The position numbers and the translations under genes are program-made. Shown here in pieces: positions 34,995-48,017 of a stretch of 64,000 nt of DNA. Positions within the stretch are counted from its first letter, which is position 1, and the number at the start of each line of letters is the position of its first letter. The stretch comes from Rhodosorus marinus CCMP1338 (Eukaryota; Plantae; Rhodophyta): NCBI GenBank assembly GCA_029953675.1, contig JAMWBK010000001.1, forward strand, positions 2,418,001 to 2,482,000, written 5' to 3'. The notes beneath the pieces are model-generated. The model did no database searches and had not been told where the DNA came from. It was given only the letters and a program-made list of their open reading frames with translations.

Positions 34995-37900
34995 TTACTT
35001 TAGCAAACCGTTCGTCATCGGTGTTATCTGTTTTGTTTCCCCCCCGTCCCTCCGTTGTCGTAGCTCAAGGCCCACGTATACCCTTTGCTGGAACTTCCAC
35101 CACCATAGCGGTTTGGCAGCATTTGACTTCAACATCGATGTTTTCAGTCCGGCTCGGGAGACGCGCAATACAAGATCGACCCCGTGGCGGAAGGAATCTT
35201 TCGATACAATTTTAAACAAGGGGTTGGTAATTAAAACACTATGTTTCAAAGTGGACTTGCGGAAGGGGGGGTAGGGAAGTTTCGATCATGGTTTTTTATT
35301 GCTTAGATGTTGATCAGGACGGTATTTCGGGAAGAGGAGAACTGGGAGAGGCCCGCATTGGCTTGTTTGCAAGGATCTTTCAGAAGTCTCCCTGGGACTA
35401 GTTCATGGGTAAAGAGCTGTGCTTGGTTGTGTAGAAAAGCGTGTAATCGACGAGTCCATGGCACTGCAGGGTTCTAGCGCATGCCCCATTGAGGGGACGA
35501 TGGGCACATATCTTCACTCTTCGGCGGAGCTCCTAGTCGATGTTATCCACTGAGAGCAAACGCTGAAGGACTTGTCTCCGCACTACGAAACCTGGTTCCT
35601 TCGAGATTAGGAGATATTTTAATAAGAATCGCGCACAGTTGGAACGAACCAGGTCAGGGCAATCTACGAAGGCGGGATGAGCTGCATCAACACGAACGTG
35701 GTGCATATCCCCTGCAAAAGCTACCGTGCCATTGAGCTCCAAATGCCTACAGCCTGACCATATCTGCGTTACGCTCATACTCACCTTCGAGGACACGTTG
35801 CCTTTGACTAGACAGCGTCGCTTGCGGCAGGGAGCACAAGCACCCGTTGGAGCTCCTCAGAAGTCTGGACGCCAAAAGATAGCCTCTCGGGCCCCTGCTC
35901 GAGAGAACCAAAGTTGACGTTGAGACTCCTCAATGGTTCATGAGAAGCCTCAGAGTGCCGTATGACTGGCTAAGATGACAAGTTGAGGGAGTCATCAAAG
36001 GGTCTCGTCCCGAACTTTGGAAATTGCGGGTGGAAGGGAGTGCTGGGGATTTCTATCCATATTGAATGCACAGGAACAACGGACTCCTCTTATCGATCAA
36101 ATAGTTCTGTGCTCAGAGGTGCTGAAGAGGAATCTGGTAAACTATTTACAAACCACAATTGACTTCTGTGACTAAGTACGAGAGGTCCGCTGAGGAAGTC
36201 GTGACTCCAACTCCACCGCGTCGTTCAAGAGCAAGTTTTTCCCCAGCAACCCGAGGCAGAAGGAAATGACCGCGGCCACAGTCATGCCTCCTGCTGGCAG
36301 TCCGTACCCGAGCTGGGAGGTTATCGCGCAAGCAATGAGGAAGGGGATGGTATCTTCAGCCTAGAAAATCCGACATCCGAAAAGAAAAGGTCAACATTTG
36401 GATAAGAGTAATAGTGACTCTACAGCGAATGTCCGAGCTCTCCCGTACTCGATCGTTGACCGTGGCAAGACTCACCATCAGAATGGTTCTCTTGCTGACG
36501 TTAAATCCCGAGAGAAGTGTGCTAGTGAACCTGGGCAACACCAGCAGCAAGCTCCCTACAAAACAAAAGTAGATCATAGACCCCGCGCCAACATGAATGT
36601 TCTCATAAGTCAATCTATAAGCGACCGCCGCAGGAACCGCAAGGACAACCGCCGCCAACATATATCTGAGGTTATCCAACTCCCATGCGTCGTTGAACCC
36701 TGCTCCGAGTCTATCTCTAAACGATTTACTAGCCTAAGGCATGGCGCTCATTCTCAGCAATCCTGAATAGGAGCCTGTTCAGTATCCCTACTATCCGCGC
36801 TCTCTCCTGGCAGCTTACCTCACTGATGGCAAAGGATGCAATCACAAGACAAACGCCAAGTACTCTGTGCGGTCTAAAGTGAGCGCTGAAGAAACCAAGC
36901 TGTGGATTAGCCCGCCGCATGAGCTTCTCCTGAGGGCTCTCATAATCTGCGAAAACAGACAATATGTAGGCAAGGCTCAAGGTGAACATGACGACTTTTG
37001 GAAAGCGCCTGGATTTTCTCCATGTACTCTAGTGTAGTGTCCGTACCGTTCGCAATTGTATCATCGTAAGACGCCCCACTGTCGTACTCATAAATGTAAG
37101 GATCTCCATCAGCTCCGACGTCCTTATAGGCCTCAATGAGCTTCCTTCGAGACGCTTCATCGGCCTCGTAGGAAAGCTGCTCCTCGTGTTCGTCGTCATC
37201 GCCATATTCAGATCCTGATGAATGTCAACAGAGCGTGTTAGCTTTGGCGTAAGCTGAAAACCCCAACTTTGTTCATGGATGATGGGTTGCCGGACTTGCC
37301 ATCATCCTCCACCAAGAGTTTCCTCGTAGACCTGTTATGCCCCTCCACGGTCTCTGTTTTCGCTGATATCCGTTGGTTCTGAATGAGCAACGGAAGTGTA
37401 CCCGTTTTAGAGCTTGGATTGGGTTGCTACTCTTGTTGACTATGGAACAGCTCAAGACCACTCACCGATTCGAATTGTTGTGCAAGAATTTTCGCTTTTA
37501 TCAGTTTCTCAGCGGTCAATTCTGGATCCATTGCTGCGTCTGGCTTTCTGGAACGAAACTTCGAAAGCGTTTCACCCAGTTTCAGCTTTTCGAGAGCGAC
37601 GCGAGCATCACGAGCAATCTTGAGGTCATCAACAGCGTGGACGTCCCTCTGCATTCTTCCGCTAGCGTCGTACATTAAAAGCGCGTAGGCGGCTACAAAC
37701 TGGGGAAACACGAAGACGCAGGGGAGAATCGTTCTCGGTGCTATTAGCTTCATCAAAAATCGTTTCAAACTAGAAACTGTGACCTAGCTACTCGCGGAGA
37801 AAGGATTTTTTACCAGAAGCAGCGCTCTTAGCTTATTCCGCTGAAACGTTGACCGCCGCGAAAAAACTGATCCGATATACGCAAACGGAACGCTACAAGA

Positions 37901-38309
37901 ATCAAGGATAACTGTCCTAAGAGGCCCACATTCCCGCAGCCCCGCAGTCCAGGCAGCTACGCTTGTCAGGGTGATCAGTCCGAGCAGAGCGACCTGGCGT
38001 TTCAAGGTAAGAGTTCAGAAAAAGCAATCACGTTGCCTTATTCACCACGGTAGAGGCGGGCTTTTGCAGGTTGGCAGTCACCTGTGCTAACATTCCACGA
38101 CTTAAGGACTTCACCTTGAACTGCGTGAGCGCGGATATGGAAAGGATTGCCCCGAGGCAGGCGATGAAGAGGAAAAGCACGATAGGCAGCCGATGGGATC
38201 GCAGCGCGTGGAAAGCACCAAACAGGGCAAGTATATACAAGATCCTGCTTACGGCGAGCGCCCTAAAAGCTTTCGTTGCCTCCCTCATACTACCTGCAGA
38301 GCTGACCAA
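34995..38309 (-). CDS. Multi-exon multipass membrane protein gene(s), function unassigned
   Basis: Successive minus-strand ORFs with transmembrane-like segments (38028-38309, 37784-38005, 37427-37768, 36729-36989, 36356-36679) separated by short intron-like gaps. The 3' end and the number of genes are uncertain. Confidence 0.45.
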
Positions 38310-38650
38310 GAGTGTCCGACCTCGACTTCACACATCAACGAGTGCATCAACGAACAAACACTCTTCCAAAGCGCCCGAACTGCAATTCGCACGGGCTTCA
38401 GACCGTTCCGTTAGGCACTCCGTCATCCGTCCACAACCTAGGAATCGCGACCCCAAACGCAAATTGCTTCGTTCTTCTCGTCCAGGACAAGGACCTGAGT
38501 AACTGCGACCACGACCTCCCATCTCGGAAAACCCAGAATCGCGTGGAATCCTGAGCTCAGCTGGACAGCCCAAAGGGCCCATAATCTATAATATTCCCTC
38601 AGATATAGATTTTAACCAGTAATAAAATATATCTATTGTTGTCATTGTCG

Positions 38651-38786
38651 TAGGGTTGGCACAAGCCAAGTGGGTCGGGTTTTTCGCTGTTTACGACCCA
38701 CCCACCCCCTTAAATCCCCCGGTTTTGAGGGTTAACCCCTTCTGGTTCGTAAACAGAGAAAACCCGACCCACTTGGTGCAACCCTA
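38651..38786. mobile_element. MITE family M, complete copy
   Basis: tagggttg..ccaagtgggtcgggtttttcgctgtttacga / tcgtaaacagagaaaacccgacccacttggtgcaacccta. Flanks attgtcg / attatcg. Confidence 0.9.
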
Positions 38787-41700
38787 ATTATCGTATTTTA
38801 TGGAAGAAATTGGAGAGCAAAAAATAGGGCTGTAGATATCGCCGCTAATCTTCTTTAGGGATTTTCTGTCTCCTTCGTTTTTTCCCGTTTACTAGTTCGT
38901 GAGTGATTACAGGGGAAACTTCTGCATGTTCCAACAGCTTGCCCGTCAATGTCAGACCTGAACCTGCTCAACCAAACAGTCCGCGCTTTGCAGTTTAGTT
39001 GTGCAGAGAAAGCCAACCAGCAACTACAAACTGCGTTGTTGTCAAAAGGGGTAAGCCATGACCGACGAAGGCTTGTCGATGAGTTTCGATATGCTCATCA
39101 GTACGACTGGTCCCCGAACTTGCAGATATACAGATGTTAGATAAGTTGCAACCCATCCTTTCCAAGCAACCACATAAGGTGGCGCCAAAGAACGCAAGTA
39201 GCGATGGTCGGGGGCCCCCTCAACGGAGCGGTAACTCCCCAGTTCCCAATCCCGAAAACTGACTAGTTGAGTACTACAATGTTTCTGATCTTGAAATGCT
39301 TGTATTTTAATAAAACCAACACCGACGCATTGGCCTACTACATCCGTTCCCAGTATCCGTCGCTGCGGCCGAGGTATCATTTTAGCTCGCGAGACGATCA
39401 ACGCCCTCTAGTTCCAATTGCGTCCAGTTCCCAGAACCTCCCGCAGTGGTGGTGAGTGCGAAGCCAGCTTCAGGGTGCTAGAGGGACTCGGTTTGTCTCT
39501 GAATTTGGCGGGTCAGGAGCATTGAGGACCTGGACAGCCGCATAGGGACTTGAATTGTGCCACTGTGTGTGTCATGGAAATGAAAGGCGCAACCAGAATC
39601 CAGAGACTGGATTACTTGGAGTTATCTGGTTTTCGTAAGTTTGGCTGGCAACCGATATAAGTGTAATCATGTATTCTATGTACAAAGTACGAAACGGAAA
39701 AAGCACAATACGAAAACAAACAGCAAGTCTCGAATTTCTATTCAGCAGGTCCACGCCCCTCTCCGTTCATTCAGTCATCTTTCCGTTTCCCTCTCGCGCT
39801 GAGCTGCTGGTTTCAGCTGGAACGGCTCGAACTCAAACGCCCTGGACAACTCATGGTCGCGATCGCTACCGCTTGAGCTCCCACTTCCGAGGAACAGTCT
39901 CGCAAACTTCGACATGAATCCGTTCTTCATCTTACCTTCACTTCCCGTTCTACTGGTCTTTCCCTGCTTATCTGAGGAGCCCGAGCTTTCGAAAGTGCTT
40001 CCTGATTTCATTTTATTCCATTCCTACTCGTCTCCGACCATCAGCTTCTTCGAAAGTGTAGCCCTACGCTCATCAGTTTTAACCCCGCTCGCCTCGTTGT
40101 CACAACGCAAAATTTCCGGCTCTTGCAACCATCAGCCCGAACGTGTACCTGTAGCCCCTCTCAGTTCTTTTATCTGAAACTACAAATGGGGCCTCGCTCA
40201 AGTTACTAAACGGGACCACCCCGTAACCCCTTCTTCTCATGCGAAAATAACGGATTTGACGATGATACTCATCACCTCGCGAACTGTGCAGTCATCTGCA
40301 AAGGTTTTTCTTTTCGTCCGTTTTCAATTAAATTGTTTTCGTTCATTATTTTCCACAGCGGGCAAATGAAACATCAAACAGACAAAAGCGGAAGCGATTT
40401 CTAAAAATATGGCTCTTGCCATCAGAAATTTGAAAACAAAATCCAGCATCCGCTCCCTCCCCCCCACCAAGGCAAGGGATTGCTGATTGCTGCTTGGGGC
40501 GCGAGCGATTAATATTGCGCCCCTCTTGTTTTCTAGTGTGCACTGGCCAGCCACTGGGGCTGACCGATCTCGAATGCTGATTTTCGGAAATGTATCTAGG
40601 CCCGCAAGAGAAATCCCGTTCTCATCGGCCATCGAGGGCAGAACCCTCACCACGACAACCGGTATTCTGCAACATGGAGTCATTTTCCAAACCTCGACAC
40701 ATTTATAGAGGATTCTACCTCTGCTAGACGAAGTAGTTCATCGACTCCCATTGGCTGACCTTTTGGGTGAAAGGGCAAACGAGAGTCCTTGCGGCCTTTC
40801 GAAATCTCTAGTAGAAGAAAACGTTCGTTCCTGAAGATACCTGTACTGGCCGGAAAACTTCCAAGGGGTCTTCGCGGGATTCCAACCCATTTCACCGCTA
40901 GTCTTTTGGCCTTGCTCCTCGCAATGCACGGTCTTGCGTCTTGCTGCTGGAACCCGCTCTCGCGCTCGAGTGTTCTTGCTATTGTTCCAATACGTCTCTG
41001 TGCTGCTCAATCTTGTACTATCATCAAAGATCTGAATCACGGTATCCTTGTTTTCTGAAGTTTGATGAATCATCTATCAAGATTTTGGTGTGAACAATGG
41101 ATAGTCATATTTTTAATATTATTAAGTGTCGTGGTAGTCGTCTTTCTCTCAACGATGCTTTCGTCCAAAGACCCGGGAAACGTCAGCCGATTCAGATATA
41201 TGTGAAAATATATGAAATATATATGTTATAGATGTATCTACTATCTACTGGGAGACGACTACGAGTGCTATTCTTTGAAAACAATAGGAAAGGAGTGCTC
41301 AGCGGAGAAAGACTCGCGTTCGTGCTACACTCCAAGTAGACCGAAACAATAGCTATTTTAAGAAATTGTACTGCCAAAAACAATAAAATTGGGGCTTTTT
41401 AGCTCAAACCTTGTTGCTAACAATCTTGAATGACCGCCACTTTTGTTTTCTCATGGAAATTCTTATCAGCTTTCAAGGATTTCCGGGAAACTTCCCAACA
41501 ACCCTGTGTTTTCCCTATTTTTTTGCTGCCGTTTGCAGAAGAATGCTGAGCACTGCCCACGTACTTGTTGACCACATCCGGCATAGACACGTTTGAGCAT
41601 TTACTGCACGGATGGTGTCGGATGACGGTGTACTGTCCAACCGCTAAGCTCCGAGTCTTTGTTGAATGGATCGAAGGGGATTAACGCAGCTGGTCAGGGT

Positions 41701-44414
41701 TTTCAAAAAGAACGTATTCGGAAACGTCGTTTAAATCACCGATTAAGGTTGAGCTCTACCCCCTCTCCTGCGCCGGAATACCGACGTATCGGGCATTTGG
41801 AGTAGGGTTTTGGAGCGGGGCAGGATATCGCTTCTATCGATTCAAGAAACCTCGCACACGTCGTGGATGCCAAACCCGGGTCATGGTCATTCATCCCCCC
41901 CACCGGTTCACGTCATGTTCTAATCTGGTTTGAAGTCCTGACGTCCTGTTAGGCTTACCACTTTCTAGAGTCCTAACATGCTCCATCCAATTTTCCGAAA
42001 ACTTTGGACAATCTTTCGATCCCATCGTGGGGGTTACGCGTTCTCCGAGTTCTTTTTACCAGCTAACCCAAAAGGATTGCATCATGTCAAGGCAAGGGTG
42101 GGAAATATAACGGAGGATCTAATCAACACACACTGCTTATCGAGAGGCTTGCTACTCAGTCAGGGCGCTTTTTCTTTTTTTTTCTGGGACATCATTCCTC
42201 GGAAATCTCACTCGCAAACCCGCATCAAGAGCACGTGAAGAGGATTCACTCAGTCGACCAAATAGTTCTGGACCAAAAGCGTTCGGAAGGGGAGTATCAC
42301 CCGTTTTTGTCCTCATCCAGGATTGAAGACCCCTGATCGAGTTGATTTCGGTTTGTCAATTTTCTAAAATGTAAACCTCTCAGATCGCTGTAAGACCCAG
42401 TACCAAACTTGTTGTCTATTACGACGCTACGCTGTTTCATGATAGGCTCACTTGTTTTGCTTGCTTTGTCTTGTTCATCATGATCCTAAGGAGGGCTCAT
42501 GGGTGAGAAAAGCTGTTGATTTGGAAGAACCCCATTGCCCAGAGAATTCCATATGGAGAAGAAAAACAGCGCGCCCGTGAGAAATAAGGAATATCCATTC
42601 GGGGCATCGATAGAGATAGATATTGGTTGATACGGGGTGACAATTACCAGAAAGTATACTCCCGGAGGAGAACTAAGCAGGAAACTACTGCAGGAAACGC
42701 CAAAGGAAATGTCACGTCCTGAAGAGGCAGGTTCAGTAGCGCGGCCAGAGTGCTAAACCTACGCGGCCTAGACGGCCGGAGGGCTAAAGTTGAGAATCGT
42801 GACAAGATTTGGCACGCTGACCTCAGCCTATATATACCGAAACTATGACATCTCCCTCAGGGTTAGCCAGCCGTAGGAAGAAAAGGGGTGCCCAAGCGAG
42901 CTAGGAAGAGTTAGGAAAAAGAAGTTAAATCTGACACAAAAGTAAAAGCCGATTTACGAAGAATTTGAAACCAGGACAAACGTCATCTGAGGACGTTTCA
43001 GGAAACATGATGCGGAGGACACATGGAATAAAATTGGTAGGTCCCGGTTGTAATATGATCCTTAAAAGTGATGCGCTGAATGAAACCTCTACTAGGAGCT
43101 CATCGGCCAATCAGTCTTTTCCAATTCCGTCTTGGCTAAGACATTGTTACAAGTCTCCCGATGAGGTTGTGCTTCCGGTTTGTCGTTGCAGTTGCTCAAC
43201 GTTAGCGTTGCTCTTAAGCAAAAACCGATCAGCTTGAACGGGCAAAGGGCTAGCTTTGGGGGGTAGGGGAGTATCCTTCTACTAAAGTTCTAGGATATCC
43301 TCGGAGCACCCTAGCCCACGAGACTCAACAACATATCTCCGCTCGCTCTTACCTCGCGTACTCGATTTACGGAAGAGCCCCGGTTGGCGTCGCTAACGAC
43401 TTTGTTCCCGTCTTGTGACCATACTTGTTCAGCGATTCCCCAAAATCACTTGGGGTCCTCGACCGTGGTTGCTCTCTGGTGGCTCCGGACCGATCTACAA
43501 GTCTTCCTTCGGGTAATGCCTAGAACGTCCTTGCGTATCACTGAGCGGTTGTCCGGGCGTCTCGTAGTAAGCGTTCGTCTTGAAGTTTGCTCAGGGCGGT
43601 TGAGTTCTGAACAAATTAACATTCATCGTCCAGAACAGGTGCTGTTTATGATAGCCCCGGAATCGGTGCCCCACCTTGCAATAGTTAAGAGGGCCGATAT
43701 GCGACAGTTCTCAGGTTGTCATCGGTAGCGCGGGGTGCGCAAATGAATGAACGTGTTGCGAGTCTGTGAAGTGGGAAGCTACCTTCCCACCGGGATGAGG
43801 CAAGGGAAGAACGTTGAGGGGGGCTCCTAGGTCAGAAACGTAGCACAGTGCCTCTTGAAGGGACCAAAAGAAGTCGTGAACCATCCGAAGAGAGCAATAA
43901 GAGTTGTGAACAATCGACGAGGTCAAGAAAAGAGCCTCGAACGGCTGAACAAAACAGTAGTAGATAGTTGTATTTTCTACATTAATACCACTCGAATGTG
44001 GATCCGCAAGTGGTAGCAAACAGCTAGAAACCCCTGGCTAGCAGGATTGACTGTTTGGTTAGTTTGAAGTGAAGACGTCCCGATGACCGACATAGTATGA
44101 AAAGGGAACAACACAGTGGACGAGTTGCGACGACGGCTATTGCCCGTAGGCCGCATGCCGGTTTGTACGTGTTCGTGTTTTTTTTGTGGTGACAGGTACC
44201 GTTTATCGAACACAAAGGTCACGACATAAAAGATGCAGCGCGCTATTCCCAGTAGACATGCTTTTCTCATACGTCCTGGTATATTTTAAATTTGGTAATG
44301 CATCATGGAAGGACATGGCTGCAAATCAAGACATTTCGCATAGGTTGCTAGGACGATTTATCCGGCGGAGCCCTTTTGCTCGTTTTCTCTTCCGCTCCGC
44401 GAAACATGATATTA

Positions 44415-46333
44415 TCATGACGCGTTAACTACCGGAGCTTCCTGAATTGGAGAATCCGCACTCACCGCAGAGTCGGGCAGCTTGTACGAACCTTGGCTCT
44501 CAAGATCTTCTTCCATTCCGCTTTTGATGTTGAGCAGGGGCGCATTCTCATTCGAAAGATCAGATGACGATAGTGAAGGACCCGACTTGAACAGCTCTGC
44601 TGCCTTGTAGGCGTGCAGTTGCGATTCGAATAGCTCGAAACGTCCTTGCTGGGCCCGAATGAACGGCATGTAGTAGGTTGAAAATATGCTAGCTAGAGAA
44701 GCTGCGAGTACTGGAGATGCCGCGTTGACCTGCCCGGAAAGAGCAACAAGAATGATGCTCGTTGCGAATGCAGTCCTGGTGACAGCGACGTTGATTCCAG
44801 CGGCGATGCACAGACACGCTACAGTTGCGGGAACTGCGGGAAAAACAAAGGTGATTGCTCGCCCAAAGGCAGCTCCCGCGGCAAAAAAAGGGAATCTGGA
44901 GAAGTGGAAAGGGCCTTCGTCAGTCCTTTGACTGGCACGGCACTTACATCAGCAGCTTCGCAAGTAGGACACGTGAGCGCACAAATGAACTAGTTTGACG
45001 AGTACTTACATGTAGCCTCCGCGGAACCCTCCCCATACCGTGAACGAAATAGCAACCAGCTTAGCGATACCGATGGTGAGACACGCTAGAGCGCTAGTAG
45101 GACCAAGGCCAGTAAGCCCAGACGTGGGCCAAACGTGTGGCAATGGAGTACTCCCAAGGGAGGCAATTGACTGAAACTCATATTCACCCCAGAACATAGA
45201 ATGCGGTACTAGAACTCCGAGACACGCGATGATAACGCCTCCGAAAACAGCCAGCTTAACCGGTTTATCCTCCAAGCGCAATGTGCTGTTGATCAAGTTT
45301 CCCAATCTACCGTGTAGGTTTGTAAAGATCGCAGCTATTCCCGCTCCAAAGAGGCCCAATAGAAACCCATAGCCTACTAGCCCAGCTGATGACGCTGGCA
45401 GAGTGCCGGCTTCGATTTGCCATATTGGTCCAATCGGTAGGCCGGCCAGTCCTCGGAAAACAACGAGGCAGGTCGTGCCGCTGGTGACCGCGACCATTGC
45501 ATGTTCTGCGTATTCGTATCCCAGTCGATGATTAATCTGTCCAAAACCGTATCACTTCCTGAGTACAGGGCATCTCGTGATGAGCGAAAGGTAGAAAAGG
45601 CATCGAATTGGAGGAACATTACCTCGAGAGCAAACAAAGAACCTCCCAGAGGGACACCGAAGAATGCAGCCAAGGCGCAGGCCATTCCACAGAGCGTGTG
45701 CTTCCGAATGAGATTTTTCTGGGTATGCTTGAACAGATTCCGGCTTACCCAACCGGCGATAGCAGCACAGATAGCAACTAAAGGTGCCTCCGGCCCCAGA
45801 CTAGCGCCAGCAATGATTGAAAACTGAGATGCCGCTACCATCGACGGCGTGTGGCCCACGTCCACATACCCAAGTTCGTGAACGCACTTGACTACGAAAG
45901 ACGAAGGGACACGAGCGTGCGAAGCGTGAGTATCCCTCATTTTGCGTAGGTCCGGCAGGAGTTTACCTGTGTACGCTAAGTCGCCAGGGAATCCCAGGAG
46001 GGCTATAGAAAGCCCTACTAGCCCTGCAAACGTAATACACACAATTGGGATCCACAACCAATACAAATTTTCCGGCCAAATGGAATTGGCCACGACTAGA
46101 GTCTGGGGAAGCTTGACCCAGAAAATCTCCAGCAACCATTCCAGGGCTGTGTAGTACAGATAAGCAGCAATTCCGCAGATGACGCCGATAACCACCGCCA
46201 TGAAGACGGACCACGGGACGGTCCCCGATCGCATCGACTCGAAGTCCTCTCGCATCTTGTCCCAGCCGAACCTCTCGTGAACATCCGGCCGCGGGCCGGA
46301 GTCCTCGCCAACGTACTTGGTATTCACGTCCAT
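44415..46333 (-). CDS. CLC-family voltage-gated chloride channel/H+ antiporter, multi-exon
   Basis: GASLGPEAPLV, CGMACALAAFFGVPLGGSLFALE, WGGFRGG motifs. The C-terminal exon is 44415-44669. Confidence 0.9.
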
Positions 46334-47001
46334 GTCTGCCTGTGGCGCGTGTAGAACCGCTGTGCGTGTTACAGGGACTCCTTCAGACCTGATTCCAACA
46401 ACTTTCTTCGGAGGAGGGTGCTCCTTTATATTTGGACATCTTTCCTCAACGGAGTTTGCACAAAAGCGCTTAAGTCATTTCGACCTCCTTTCGTCTGGGT
46501 TAACAGAGTACGGCTCTACAGTCTCCAGGTATCTGGCATTCAATGTAAAGAACTCGCGTCACGGCGCAAGCGCACGTCACTGTTTGTAATTGTAAACCAT
46601 ACTGGGCAACTGCCTAATGCAAGCGCAACGCTAATTCTATCAATATCTTCGGAAAATGATTCGGCTGAACCCCACACCCCGGGGTCTCTAGCTACGATAA
46701 AAAGAAAATTACGGGATCAGTGGCTGGTCCAACTGATCCACACGCAAAAAGTCCCTAAGGCAAAGCTCTGCGGTCCCCACGGAGGCTCCTTACTGTTTCG
46801 TGTTAGGGAAAATAACAACCCAGTTTTCAACCCCCTCAACCAGCTCTTGCACTCAGAATCCGACACAAGAAGAAAAGCTAAACCTCCTTCTGCGGCGTAA
46901 TTCCCCAAATACATCTAGCATATCTTCAGCATGCTGATGTAACTCACTTTCGCCATTGGGGACGATGGCTGGATCAGCCCAGCAGCAACGCCCACTTGCC
47001 C

Positions 47002-47313
47002 TAATAATTGAAGCGACGTTTTCGCACAGCACCATGCCCAAATTCTCTATAATAGGCCAAACGGAGGTCATTTATCCTGAATCCGGCGCCAAGTTACTCC
47101 TTCAACGATTGTAGCTCTATAAATAGGACTCTATGATTTTTGCACCATGGAATACGTTAATAATTGAAGCGACGTTTTCGCACAGCACCATGCCCAAATT
47201 CTCTATAATAGGCCAAACGGAGGTCATTTATCCTGAATCCTGCGCCAAGTTACTCCTTCAACGATTGTAGCTCTATAAATAGGACTCTATGATTTTTGCA
47301 CCATGGAATACGT
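47002..47313. repeat. Near-perfect tandem duplication, 156-bp unit
   Basis: taataattgaagcgacg starts at 47002 and 47158. One visible mismatch (ccggcg/cctgcg). Confidence 0.95.
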
Positions 47314-47480
47314 TGACGCAATCGCAGACTAACAGGCCAAAAAAAAAACCGTTTAGTCAGTTGTCACTGAATGAATTTATTGTAACCACGGTTCTCATTT
47401 CCAACAAATAGAATAACTTCCTATAGTTGCTCCTAAAATATATCATTCCAATGAATGAAGTTATTTAGTCGGAGCCTATA

Positions 47481-47555
47481 TAGGGTTGTGCCAAGTGGGT
47501 TGGGTTTTTCGCTGTTGCGTCGCAGAAGTTGGGAAACCCGCGAAAAGAGGGGTTT
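47481..47555. mobile_element. MITE family M, left half only
   Basis: tagggttgtgccaagtgggttgggtttttcgctg...ccgcgaaaagagggg. Confidence 0.8.
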
Positions 47556-48017
47556 ATGGCTATGTTCCATGAAAGCTCTTACAGAGCTATAGAGACGCAT
47601 GGAGGCGCATCATAACCTTTGAGCAAGTTTTAGCCAGACCGTTAGTCTATATACCCTTTTATCTTCCTTACTTCAGCTACCCAGACTAATCGAGGGGAAT
47701 CCAAAGTTTGGGGTGCTTGTCGCGGCTTCTTACGGGCTCTGGTGTCGTCTGTTGGAGACGGTTCCGCATCTTGGTCAACTTCCATATCGCTGGGAGACTC
47801 CAAACCTTGTTGAGGAGGTTCCTGAAGGTAGCAGGGGAGCTCATCGTGCGGGTTCTCGTCTCCTCCGTCAGGGTTAGTTGATACCTCATGTTGGGTTGGC
47901 AGAAAAGGCTGCGGGGTTACGTTATTCTGGAGTCCGGGGTAGCCTGGGATACGTGATAGTATTGGATACGGTTCGGAAAGTTTGTAGTTTTGGTTAGTTT
48001 GGGGTAAACCATGATAA

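Noticed and set aside
38950-41100. A gene formed from several minus-strand ORFs
   Set aside because: The frames are interrupted by stops without clear splice signals and show no recognisable motifs. It could be a decayed gene but is unsupported.
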